Origin: an uncultured bacterium
GTDB lineage: Bacteria > Chlamydiota > Chlamydiia > Chlamydiales > SM23-39
Assembly: GCA_964355615.1 (NCBI GenBank)
Contig: CAYHED010000001.1
Span: 1-27,395 of the forward strand
Direction of reading: 5' to 3'
DNA length: 27,395 nt
Each line of letters begins with the position of its first letter. Position 1 is the first letter of the stretch. Below, piece by piece: positions 8,694 through 17,066 of this stretch. A program made the translations under genes and the position numbers. Under the pieces are notes generated by a model that had not been told where the DNA came from, did no database searches, and saw nothing but the letters and a program-made list of their open reading frames with translations.

Positions 8694-9344
8694 TTAGGTG
8701 TATTCATACTCTCTTCTGAGGTAGGCGGCCCGACGGCCTTTCGCCGAAATCGATTTAGGAAAATCGATTCGTTCTATATTTGAACGGACCTCGTAGCCGA
8801 CAAAAGGGGCGCTCGCTTCCTGAATGGCGACTGTTGCTAATGAAAAGTCTTCATCTGAAATCGCCCCATCATAGACAAACCGCAGCTCTAAATACTTCTT
8901 TTTAGGATCTGAGTCTACTGTAACGATGCGCAAAGAAGGGGACACCTTTCCGAGTAGCGCTTCTTGCATATCAAGAAGTAATACAGAGCTATGGAGCGTC
9001 TCTGGAGTCTTCAAAAGAAAGGCCCTGTTTTCTTTGGGATAATTTGGCAAGTTCGGTTCTTTTCTTAAATATGCAAATTTTCCCCAAAGGGGAATCTGTT
9101 TTGGGGCATCCACTCGAAGAATATATTCCTCATTGAAATGATTTGGGTAACTATCTGTTTCCGTCCTAGCGAGGTTTGCAATTTCTCTTACGCGCTCCGT
9201 GATTTCCCCGTCATAGAAAAAATAGATGAGTGCTTTTTTATTTTTATCGTCCGTATCCACAATGACGGCGCGTAGTTCCGGCGTCACCGCATTGAGCAGG
9301 GCATTTTGAATGCTCCATAGCAGGTAATATATGGAAGGGTCCAT
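8694..9344 (-). CDS. Putative toxin immunity protein made of two tandem ~100-aa repeats (MafI2-like)
   Basis: The pattern ALLxxVxPxLRxVxVD...FxYDGxI...RxDxPKxI..G..AYLRxE occurs twice. The start lies 3 nt after the stop of the Ntox50 toxin frame. Confidence 0.65.
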   Translation of the reverse strand: MDPSIYYLLWSIQNALLNAVTPELRAVIVDTDDKNKKALIYFFYDGEITERVREIANLARTETDSYPNHFNEEYILRVDAPKQIPLWGKFAYLRKEPNLPNYPKENRAFLLKTPETLHSSVLLLDMQEALLGKVSPSLRIVTVDSDPKKKYLELRFVYDGAISDEDFSLATVAIQEASAPFVGYEVRSNIERIDFPKSISAKGRRAAYLRREYEYT

Positions 9345-9347
9345 TGA

Positions 9348-9900
9348 TCAACTCTTTGGTGCTGTAGGTACTATGTGAACTCCGTCTTTAGCATAATGGA
9401 TCTTTCCCCAGGTTGTGAGTGTTTTTTTCTTAGTCGTGAGATCCACTGCATATCCTATTATTTCTCCAAAATCGATCACTTCTTTGTAGCCGGCAACTCC
9501 AGGAGCGCTTGTTCCTTCCGTGAATCCCGTTCCTGCAAACTGGTTGACCAATTTCTGAGGATTGGGATGTGTGAGGATACTGGGATATTCTTGCTTCTTG
9601 AGTTTTTCTAAATAATGGCGGTGGCCGAGGAGGTGCTTGCCCTGCTTGGCTTCGAGGGTAAAAGAAAGGTGCGTTGCGTACTGTACTCCGTACTGTCTCT
9701 CTGAAGATGTATTCAATATCGTCGATGCGACCATCTATCTCCCCATCGCCACACCCCCAATGGCAAAGAATAGTCATCCCGCCATAACTCACGGGTTTTG
9801 GGGTCGCACAAGAGTAGCCCTCATCTTCCTCATCCTCATAGTCCCAGTCAGCAAAAAGAGACAATGAACAAAGGAGCATCAACACTAGGCGATAACACAT
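9348..9900 (-). pseudogene. Secreted polymorphic toxin with C-terminal Ntox50-type domain, interrupted by a frameshift
   Basis: The ORF from 9900 begins with a signal peptide (MCYRLVLMLLCSLSLFA-D) and an acidic stretch. The toxin motifs KQGKH..GH..Y, AGTG, KEVIDFGEIIG and GKIHYAKDGVHIVP lie in another frame (9348-9734). Removing one base from the A4 run at 9660-9663 joins them into a 183-aa ORF. Confidence 0.7.
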
Positions 9901-9926
9901 AGTTCCCCCACCAAAGAGTTCCAGAC

Positions 9927-9955
9927 ACTATGAAGAAAAAAATTTACTGCGTCAA
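9927..9955 (-). promoter_or_regulatory. Candidate sigma66/sigma70 promoter for the toxin gene
   Basis: TTGACG-17 nt-CATAGT on the minus strand, ending 26 nt before the ATG at 9900. Confidence 0.45.
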
Positions 9956-9982
9956 GAAATTTGTTCGGGTGGGAAATAAGGA

Positions 9983-10012
9983 TTGACAGAAGGGGGGGGA
10001 GGTCTTTACCCT
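9983..10012 (+). promoter_or_regulatory. Candidate sigma66 promoter for uhpC, with a G8 tract in the spacer
   Basis: TTGACA (9983-9988), 18-nt spacer containing G8 (9992-9999), TACCCT (10007-10012). Confidence 0.4.
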
Positions 10013-10052
10013 TTTGTTGTTTTGGCCTTCAATTTATTCCCGAGGAGTGCGC

Positions 10053-11444
10053 GTGAGCGTTCTTGACTTTTTCCGACCCGCCCCGAACATTGCAGAGATC
10101 CAAGATCCGGAGCTCATTCAAAAAAATTATAAGTACTGGCGCATCCGGACCTTCTATGCGATGTATGTGGGCTATGCTTTCTACTACTTCACACGTAAGA
10201 GCTTTACCTTCGCCATGCCCGCTATGCAAACGGCGCTTGGGTTGGGCAAGTTCGAGCTTGGCCTCTTGGGCAGCGTTCTCAGCTTAAGTTACGGGGCAAG
10301 CAAGTTCTTGAGTGGGATTTTAGGCGACAAGTCGAACCCCCGTTACTTCATGTCGGTCGGGTTGCTCCTCACGGGCCTATTCAATATCCTCTTCGGTGCC
10401 TCTTCTGTTTTTTGGGTCCTGGCGATTTTCTGGGGCTTGAACGGGTGGTTTCAGGGGTGGGGCTGGCCTGGCTGCGCAAAACTCTTGACCCATTGGTACT
10501 CCCAGTCTGAAAGGGGGCGCTGGTGGAGCTTTTGGAACACTTCTCATAACTGTGGGGGGGCTCTGATCCCGATCGTCGTCGCGGGGCGTACGGAGTACTT
10601 TGGGTGGCGCTACGCCCTCTACGTCCCTGGAGGCATTTGTATTCTCGCGGGCCTCTTCCTCATGAATCGGCTTCGCGATACGCCCCAGTCTTTAGGCCTT
10701 CCCCCCATTGAAAAGTACCGCAATGATTACCCCAACGGCGCCTCGAAAACCGACACCCGCACCAGTCTTACCGTCAAAGAACTCCTCTGGGACTACGTCC
10801 TCTGCAATAAGTATATCTGGGTTCTCGCCATCGCCCAGTTTTTTATCTACGTGATCCGGACAGCAGTCAATGACTGGAGCATGTTTTACCTCATTGAAGT
10901 GAAGTCCTACACCCACTTGCAGGCCGGTTTTTGCTTGGTGTGGTTTGAGATAGGGGGCTTTTTAGGCAGTCTGACGGCCGGATGGTCATCCGATGTCCTC
11001 TTTAAGGGCAAGAGAAACCCGGTCAATGTCCTCTTCACATTCGGCGTCCTGATCTTGCTCGTCGCCTTCAAGCTCTTTGAAATGCCCTTTCCTCTCCTCG
11101 ATGCGGCCTTCCTCTTTGGCTTCGGCTTCTTCATCTTTGGGCCACAGATGCTCATTGGCGTTGCTGTAGCGGAACTCTCCCACAAAAAAGCTGCTGCTAC
11201 GGCAACGGGCTTTGCCGGCTGCTTCGCCTATCTCGGCGCTGCTGCGGCAGGGGGCCCTCTCGGCGCCATTACCAAAATCTGGGGATGGGATAGCTATTTA
11301 TTGACTCTCTTCATTTGCGGTGTCATTGGAGCGCTATTGATGATCCCCCTCTGGTCCGTTAAAACGGGTCCCAGAGAGGAACCCCCAGTGGTTGCTGCTA
11401 CGGACGGGCCGACAGAGAAGGCGGAGACGGCGAGTCAAGGATAA
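10053..11444 (+). CDS. uhpC: Chlamydial hexose-phosphate transporter UhpC (MFS, GlpT/UhpT family)
   Basis: YKYWRIRTFYAMYVGYAFYYFTRKSF, ERGRWWSFWNTSHNCGG, GPQMLIG and AATATGF are OPA-family motifs. Start set at GTG 10053 behind a GAGGAG SD; the ORF track extends it to 10014. Position between hisS and dnaE matches Chlamydia. Confidence 0.95.
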   Translation: MSVLDFFRPAPNIAEIQDPELIQKNYKYWRIRTFYAMYVGYAFYYFTRKSFTFAMPAMQTALGLGKFELGLLGSVLSLSYGASKFLSGILGDKSNPRYFMSVGLLLTGLFNILFGASSVFWVLAIFWGLNGWFQGWGWPGCAKLLTHWYSQSERGRWWSFWNTSHNCGGALIPIVVAGRTEYFGWRYALYVPGGICILAGLFLMNRLRDTPQSLGLPPIEKYRNDYPNGASKTDTRTSLTVKELLWDYVLCNKYIWVLAIAQFFIYVIRTAVNDWSMFYLIEVKSYTHLQAGFCLVWFEIGGFLGSLTAGWSSDVLFKGKRNPVNVLFTFGVLILLVAFKLFEMPFPLLDAAFLFGFGFFIFGPQMLIGVAVAELSHKKAAATATGFAGCFAYLGAAAAGGPLGAITKIWGWDSYLLTLFICGVIGALLMIPLWSVKTGPREEPPVVAATDGPTEKAETASQG

Positions 11445-11445
11445 G

Positions 11446-11472
11446 CAGGATGCAGGGCGGCCCTGCATTCTG
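11446..11472. terminator. GC-rich hairpin between convergent uhpC and the methyltransferase gene
   Basis: CAGGATGCAGGG-cgg-CCCTGCATTCTG, 12-bp stem with one G-T pair, starting 2 nt after the uhpC stop. Confidence 0.45.
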
Positions 11473-11486
11473 TGCATCCTTTAGGT

Positions 11487-12629
11487 CTATGAGGTCTTCA
11501 ACTCTTCAGGTTGTTTGGGCATAGTCCGCTCTAAAACAATCCACCAAAGTTGAACTCGGTTGTCTTTCAAATGGTGTTCGCTTCGATAATTAGCTTGCCA
11601 ACCTGAATTACCAAAATGCCAATGAATCCAAGCGTCGCAATAAATATCTATCCATTTGTGAATATGATGGGGATCGAGCAAAAGAAGGACTGGTATCGAT
11701 AAAGCCTTCTTGAAGCTCCATTTAATTTGTGCAGCGCCAAAGTGCTTTCTGTCTATTACGGAAGTTAATCGATAATCTTCTGTTTTATCATACCTTCTTA
11801 GTTCTGCAAAAAAAGGAGTGGCATTTTGTGTAATTCCTTCATCTCCTGTTGGATAACAGCCGGAATGATACTTATCTAAAAGATAGGACAACAACTGTTC
11901 TTTCACTTTAACCTGCTTGACTGTTTGGTGTAAGCAAGAAATAAAAATTCTATGAGAACGAGAGTCTGGTTTCATGAGCTTGGCTGCCAACTCAAACATG
12001 TCCGCATATATTTTATTCTGAGCATTCCTGTCTGATCTATCTTTTGCAGGGACATAATGTTCAATTGTATCCATAAATGTAACAGCGTCAAATTGACCGT
12101 AGAGTTGCTCTCTGAGTTTTGAGTTTTCGGCAATAGATTTCCAATTGGTGCAGATGACTTCTATTCCATGCTTTTTTTTCGCTGCAGCTGCTTGTTCTGA
12201 AGTTATATTCACACCTACAACATAAATCCCTTTAGATCGCGCATAATTCAACCAGTCCCCGTAACCACATCCTATGTCTATTAAAGAATCTCCTGGAGAT
12301 AAATTGAGCTCTTTTAACATAAACTCCCATTTATCAATCTGAGCTTGATGGCGGTTTTTCGATAAGTCTCCATCGTAAAAATTGAATCCCAGATCTCTGC
12401 CATCTTCACTTAAGGACGAAAGAAATACATTTCCAAACTGATAGCCTCTTTGAATTCTGATTTCTGGGTTGAGAATGCTCCAACCGAATCCGTAATAGGT
12501 TAAATCATCCAACAACTGGAATCCAAACCAAATAAAAAAACAAAAAGGGGATAGAACAATCCCTAAATATATACTTAAAAAAATAAAAGAAATGTTAATT
12601 GCTGCATTTCTATCAATTCTGAGCTTCAC
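11487..12629 (-). CDS. Class I SAM-dependent methyltransferase resembling cyclopropane-fatty-acyl-phospholipid synthase, with an N-terminal membrane segment
   Basis: LIDIGCGYG motif I, GVNITSEQ, FDAVTFMDTIEHY and KYHSGCYP parallel Cfa motifs. GTG start behind a GGAGG SD; hydrophobic N-terminus; AT-richer than the flanking core genes. Confidence 0.75.
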   Translation of the reverse strand: MKLRIDRNAAINISFIFLSIYLGIVLSPFCFFIWFGFQLLDDLTYYGFGWSILNPEIRIQRGYQFGNVFLSSLSEDGRDLGFNFYDGDLSKNRHQAQIDKWEFMLKELNLSPGDSLIDIGCGYGDWLNYARSKGIYVVGVNITSEQAAAAKKKHGIEVICTNWKSIAENSKLREQLYGQFDAVTFMDTIEHYVPAKDRSDRNAQNKIYADMFELAAKLMKPDSRSHRIFISCLHQTVKQVKVKEQLLSYLLDKYHSGCYPTGDEGITQNATPFFAELRRYDKTEDYRLTSVIDRKHFGAAQIKWSFKKALSIPVLLLLDPHHIHKWIDIYCDAWIHWHFGNSGWQANYRSEHHLKDNRVQLWWIVLERTMPKQPEELKTS

Positions 12630-12663
12630 TATACCTCCCTAGAGGGTTGTTTTAGTTCCCGTG

Positions 12664-12698
12664 TATACCGAAATAACTTTTCAAGTTGCTTCAGTATA
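12664..12698. repeat. Minimal TATAC...GTATA palindrome made of two ERIC-like element termini
   Basis: TATACCGAAATAACTT-ttc-AAGTTGCTTCAGTATA; the arms resemble the termini at 12791, 13111 and 13248. Confidence 0.6.
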
Positions 12699-12790
12699 TA
12701 ACGTACCGTATTAATAATTTTTTTTCAATAAACAGCTGCATCTATCTGGTTGGTAGGGTGTTGCCTATTTTAAAGGGTTCTATTGTGCTA

Positions 12791-12922
12791 TATACTCAAA
12801 CAACTTGAAGAGTTGGTTTTTGGCTGCGTCGGCGGGGACCCCGGATGGGTCGCTCGCTCCGAACAAAAATTCTGGGGACCCTCCTTGCCTTGTTGCATAA
12901 TTCTTCGCTTTCTGGGTAGGGC
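12791..12922. repeat. Partial, inverted relative of the 13111-13248 element
   Basis: 12791-12816 TATACTCAAACAACTTGAAGAGTTGG matches the reverse complement of 13223-13248 at 25/26 nt. Blocks TTGTTGCATAA (12890-12900) and TTTCTGGGTAGGGC (12909-12922) are exact inverted copies of 13190-13200 and 13170-13183. Confidence 0.7.
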
Positions 12923-12985
12923 TCTCGTGTCTGTGTCCGAATGCCCTAGATGAAGAATGGACGGTACTTAGTTTGCAGCAGGAAA

Positions 12986-13101
12986 AACGATGGAAATGAT
13001 GAAATGAGAAAATGATAAAAATATTGGTTCGCCGCAAAGCGGCGATGCGGCGAAGCCGCAAGGTTTTTTTATCATTTTCTCATTTCATCATTTTTATCAT
13101 T
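12986..13101 (+). repeat. 116-bp Y-shaped hairpin element, copy 1
   Basis: Long AT-rich inverted repeat enclosing two GC-rich mini-hairpins, TCGCCGC-AAA-GCGGCGA and TGCGGC-GAA-GCCGCA. The 92-bp core 12998-13089 is identical to 22627-22718. Confidence 0.9.
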
Positions 13102-13110
13102 GACCTTGGT

Positions 13111-13248
13111 TATACCGAAACAACCTCTTGAGGAGAGGCAGTCGGGGAAGCCCCCGCTGCCCCATTCTGGCCCTACCCAGAAATTTGATTTATGCAACAA
13201 CGCCACCCTCCTTGCCAAATTCCCAACTCTTCAAGTTGTTTGGGTATA
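13111..13248. mobile_element. 138-bp ERIC-like MITE candidate
   Basis: Terminal inverted repeats TATACCGAAACAAC / GTTGTTTGGGTATA (13/14 match), TATA at both ends, no coding capacity. Confidence 0.6.
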
Positions 13249-13397
13249 AATAAGGCGAGATTGAGAAAGCGGGCCAACCTAGCCAAAGAGACCCTTTACT
13301 CCAGCTTGAAGCACCGGAATCCGACGATCAAAAACCCCCGCAAAAATTATGTATACTTTCACTCACTAAATTCCCGATTCTGGTATGCTCTGTTAGC

Positions 13398-16300
13398 ATG
13401 ACCTGGATCCCTCTGCACGTTCACTCTCAGTTCTCGATTCTCGACTCTTCTGCGTCGGTAGAAGACCTCGCTGAAACGGCTAAGCGCTATGGCATTCCCG
13501 CTCTGGCGATCACCGACACAGGCAATTTGTACGGCGCTGTCGAATTTTACAAGGCGTGCAAGGCGGCGGGGGTTAAGCCGATCATGGGCTGCCAGATCTG
13601 GGTGGCGCCAGGTGCGCGGACGGAGAAAAAACGGATCCCCGGCGTTCCCAACGGTTTCCCCATTGTGCTCCTTGCCAAAAACCTAAAGGGGTACCGCAAC
13701 CTCTGCAAGCTCTCTTCTATCGGATTTTTGGAGGGGTTTTATTACCAGCCTCGGATCGATAAGGAACTGCTCGCAGCTCACAGCGAGGGGCTTATTTGCT
13801 TATCCGGAGGGATGGAGGGGCCGATCGCCCATTCTATTTTGACGGGAGGGGCCGTTTTAGAGGAGATCGAGTGGTATCGGGGTGTGTTTGGAGCGGACTT
13901 TTATTTTGAGATCCAGCGCCAGCCTTTGAGTGAAAACGAGGTGGTTTCTGAAAATTGGCTCGCTCAGAAAATGCGCGACGCGGTTTCTTTCCAAGAGAAG
14001 GTGAATGGGAAGTTGATTGAGCTGTCGCGCAAATTGGGAGTGAAGCTCGTTGCGACCAATGACATTCACTACATCGGGCAAGAGGATTGGGAGGCCCATG
14101 AGGTGCTTCTCAACGTCCAATCGGGAGAGCCCTGCGAGATTTGGGAGCGAGATTCTCAGGGGAATGCCAAGGCAAAAGTGCCCAATCCGAAAAGGGAGGC
14201 GATGGCGACGCGGGAACTCTATTTCAAATCGCCTGAGCAGATGAAGGCCCTTTTTGCCGATGTGCCGGAGGCGATTGAGGAGACCGAACGGGTGGCGGCC
14301 CTTTGCAATTGCGAGATCGACTTTAAGACGAAGCACTATCCGGTCTTTGTCCCCCCCGCTTTAGAGGGACAACCTTGGACCAAAGAAGAGCGGGAAAAAG
14401 CGGCGGGGCAATTTCTTCACGATTTGTGTACCCAAGCCATTCCGACCCGTTACACGGCGGCCCATCTCGCGGCCGTGCAAAAAGTCTATCCTGGCAAAGA
14501 TCCGCTGCAAGTGGTGCAAGACCGGTTTACCTATGAGTTTGGGCTCCTCACTTCGAAGGGGATGTCCGACTATATGCTCATCGTCTACGACTTCATCGCT
14601 TGGGCCAAGAGGAAGGGGATTCCGATGGGGCCAGGTCGCGGTTCGGCTGCGGGTTCTATCATCGCCTACTTGACCGGCATTACTGATATCGAGCCGCTCC
14701 GATTCCATTTGTTCTTTGAGCGATTCATCAATCCGGAGCGGGTCTCCTATCCCGATATCGACGTCGACATCTGCATGGACAGGCGCCAAGAGGTGATCGA
14801 TTACGTCGTTGCCAAGTACGGCAAGGAAAAAGTCGCTCAGATCATCACGTTCGGCACGATGAAAGCCAAGATGGCGATTCGGGATGTGGGTAGGGTTCTC
14901 AATGTCCCCCTATCGAAGGTGAACCAGATTGCAGCTCTCGTCCCCGAAGACCCCACCATGACGTTGGAGCGGGCTTTTCAGATCGATCCTGAGCTGACAC
15001 GCCTCATGGAGACCGATGAAGAGGCGAGAAGGGTCCTCGAGATGGCGAAAAAAGCAGAGGGCTCCATTCGCAATACGAGCACTCATGCGGCGGGGCTCAT
15101 CATCTCAGCCAATCCGATTACCGATCACGTTCCTGTGTGCACCGCGAAAGACTCTGCGATGGTCGTGACCCAATACGCGATGAAGCCAGTCGAGAGCGTT
15201 GGGATGCTCAAGATCGACTTTTTGGGACTCAAAACGCTCACCTGTATCCAAAAATGTGCCGATGCGGTGGCTCGCAATACGGGCAAACGGATCAACTGGG
15301 CCAACCTCCCTTTAGACGACCAGCCGACGTTCAATCTCCTCAACCACGGGAAAACACTCGGCGTCTTCCAGCTTGAATCGGGCGGCATGCAGGACTTGGC
15401 CAAGCAGCTCCATATCGATACGTTTGAAGAGATCATCGCTGTCGGCGCCCTCTACCGCCCAGGTCCGATGGACATGATCCCCTCCTTCATCGCCCGCAAA
15501 CATGGCAGAGAGCCGATCGATATCGACCATCCGCTGATGAAAGACATCCTCTCGGAGACCCATGGCGTGATGGTGTACCAAGAGCAGGTGATGCAGATTG
15601 CGAGCGCTCTTGCGGGCTACACTCTCGGAGAGGGCGACGTCCTCCGCCGCGCGATGGGGAAAAAAGACAAAGAGGAGATGTCCCGCCAGAGGGAAAAGTT
15701 TACCCACGGCTGCGCCGCAAAAGGGATTGAATCAGAGACCGCAAGGCTGATTTTTGATAAGGTGGAAAAGTTCGCCTCCTACGGCTTTAACAAATCCCAC
15801 GCCGCCGCCTATGCCTACCTCTCTTACGCAACTGCCTACTTTAAAGCGAATTATCCAGGCGAGTGGATGGCAGCCCTCATGACTTGCGATCGCGATGACA
15901 CGACGAAAGTGGCCAAATTCATCGGCGAGGCCAAAGCGCTCCATCTCCCCGTCCTCTCTCCCGATATCAACCAGGCAGGCGCCGAATTCTGGGCGACCTC
16001 TGCAGGAATACGCTTCGCGATGGCGGGGATTAAGGGCGTCGGCGAAGGGGTCGTCGAAGAGATTTTAAAAGAGCGCGCCAAAGGGCTTTTTGAGAGCCTC
16101 TACAACTTTATTCAGAGGATGGATAAGACCAAGATCGGGAAAAAACAGATCGAGCTCCTCATCGATGCCGGGGCTTTTGATTTTACTCTCTGGAGCAGAG
16201 ACGCGATGCGAGAGAGCGTCGAGGCGATGTACGATGAGGCTTTTCGCGATCAAAAAGAGGCTTCGCTCGGAGTCTTGAACCTCTTTGCTCTGATTGAAGA

Positions 16301-17066
16301 AACCCCCTTCGTCAATCCTCCCGCTGTCAAACAAAAATCGACCCAACTCCAGTTATTGCAACGGGAAAAAGAGCTCCTCGGATTTTATCTCACTGGCCAT
16401 CCAATGGATAGTTATAAAAAAATCCTCGGCAGGCTCTCTTGCGTCCCTCTCCACGAAGTCGCCCTCTTTCCCGATGGAGCTATTTTTCGAGCCGCCTTTG
16501 TCGTCGAGACGGTGCAGGTCAAAGTCTCCGCCAAGAGCCAGAAGAAATTTGCCATTTTGACCATCGGCGATGGAGTGGAGCGGTTCGAGCTCCCCGTTTG
16601 GCCCGAACTCTACGAGGAAAAGGGGGCCCTCCTTCAGGACAACCGGCTCCTCTACGCCATTTTGCAACTCGAGCGGAAAGGAGAGGGGATGCAGCTCTCT
16701 TCTCGGTATCTCGAAGATTTAGCCGCCATCGACGAGGCCAAGATCAAAGCTTGCGAAGAGTTGTACGACAAACTCAAATCCCAAGTGCGCTCGGAGCCCA
16801 AGTGGAAAACCGCTAAGCAAGATAAGGCGCCCGTGGAGAAGAAAGAAGATGTGCAAAACGTAAAAATTCAGGTCGACGCGGACAAAATGCGCCTGAGCGA
16901 AGTCCTCGCTTATAAAGAGCTCTTCCGCGCTCATCCCGGTAAGTCCACTGTAGAGATGACATTCTCCTCGCAAGGGAGAAGACTCGGCGTCCTCTTCATC
17001 GACTCTCAGTGGGGAGTTAAAGTGGATGAGATCTTTTTGACCCAGTTGAAGAAACTGGGTTCTTGA
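13398..17066 (+). CDS. dnaE: DNA polymerase III alpha subunit
   Basis: 1222 aa: PHP domain (LHVHSQFSILD, ALAITD), GRGSAAGS, catalytic PDIDVD, KIDFLGL, GVFQLES, YGFNKSHA, OB-fold C-terminus. Confidence 0.99.
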   Translation: MTWIPLHVHSQFSILDSSASVEDLAETAKRYGIPALAITDTGNLYGAVEFYKACKAAGVKPIMGCQIWVAPGARTEKKRIPGVPNGFPIVLLAKNLKGYRNLCKLSSIGFLEGFYYQPRIDKELLAAHSEGLICLSGGMEGPIAHSILTGGAVLEEIEWYRGVFGADFYFEIQRQPLSENEVVSENWLAQKMRDAVSFQEKVNGKLIELSRKLGVKLVATNDIHYIGQEDWEAHEVLLNVQSGEPCEIWERDSQGNAKAKVPNPKREAMATRELYFKSPEQMKALFADVPEAIEETERVAALCNCEIDFKTKHYPVFVPPALEGQPWTKEEREKAAGQFLHDLCTQAIPTRYTAAHLAAVQKVYPGKDPLQVVQDRFTYEFGLLTSKGMSDYMLIVYDFIAWAKRKGIPMGPGRGSAAGSIIAYLTGITDIEPLRFHLFFERFINPERVSYPDIDVDICMDRRQEVIDYVVAKYGKEKVAQIITFGTMKAKMAIRDVGRVLNVPLSKVNQIAALVPEDPTMTLERAFQIDPELTRLMETDEEARRVLEMAKKAEGSIRNTSTHAAGLIISANPITDHVPVCTAKDSAMVVTQYAMKPVESVGMLKIDFLGLKTLTCIQKCADAVARNTGKRINWANLPLDDQPTFNLLNHGKTLGVFQLESGGMQDLAKQLHIDTFEEIIAVGALYRPGPMDMIPSFIARKHGREPIDIDHPLMKDILSETHGVMVYQEQVMQIASALAGYTLGEGDVLRRAMGKKDKEEMSRQREKFTHGCAAKGIESETARLIFDKVEKFASYGFNKSHAAAYAYLSYATAYFKANYPGEWMAALMTCDRDDTTKVAKFIGEAKALHLPVLSPDINQAGAEFWATSAGIRFAMAGIKGVGEGVVEEILKERAKGLFESLYNFIQRMDKTKIGKKQIELLIDAGAFDFTLWSRDAMRESVEAMYDEAFRDQKEASLGVLNLFALIEETPFVNPPAVKQKSTQLQLLQREKELLGFYLTGHPMDSYKKILGRLSCVPLHEVALFPDGAIFRAAFVVETVQVKVSAKSQKKFAILTIGDGVERFELPVWPELYEEKGALLQDNRLLYAILQLERKGEGMQLSSRYLEDLAAIDEAKIKACEELYDKLKSQVRSEPKWKTAKQDKAPVEKKEDVQNVKIQVDADKMRLSEVLAYKELFRAHPGKSTVEMTFSSQGRRLGVLFIDSQWGVKVDEIFLTQLKKLGS

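Noticed and set aside
12986-13101. Y element as a parvovirus/AAV terminal repeat
   Set aside because: The likeness is only architectural (long stem, two arms, triloops); there is no Rep or capsid gene and no sequence match I can show.
12664-13248. Possible CRISPR array in the repeat-rich intergenic region
   Set aside because: The repeats are inverted and irregularly spaced, with no constant-length direct repeats separated by unique spacers and no cas genes.
12780-13401. Small ORFs 12780-13061 (-) and 13192-13401 (+)
   Set aside because: They lie across palindromic repeats, have no motif support, and are best explained as chance open frames.
13398-17066. Intein or split in dnaE
   Set aside because: Length and motif spacing fit a normal alpha subunit, with no intein terminal motifs. 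The many overlapping ORFs here are shadows.
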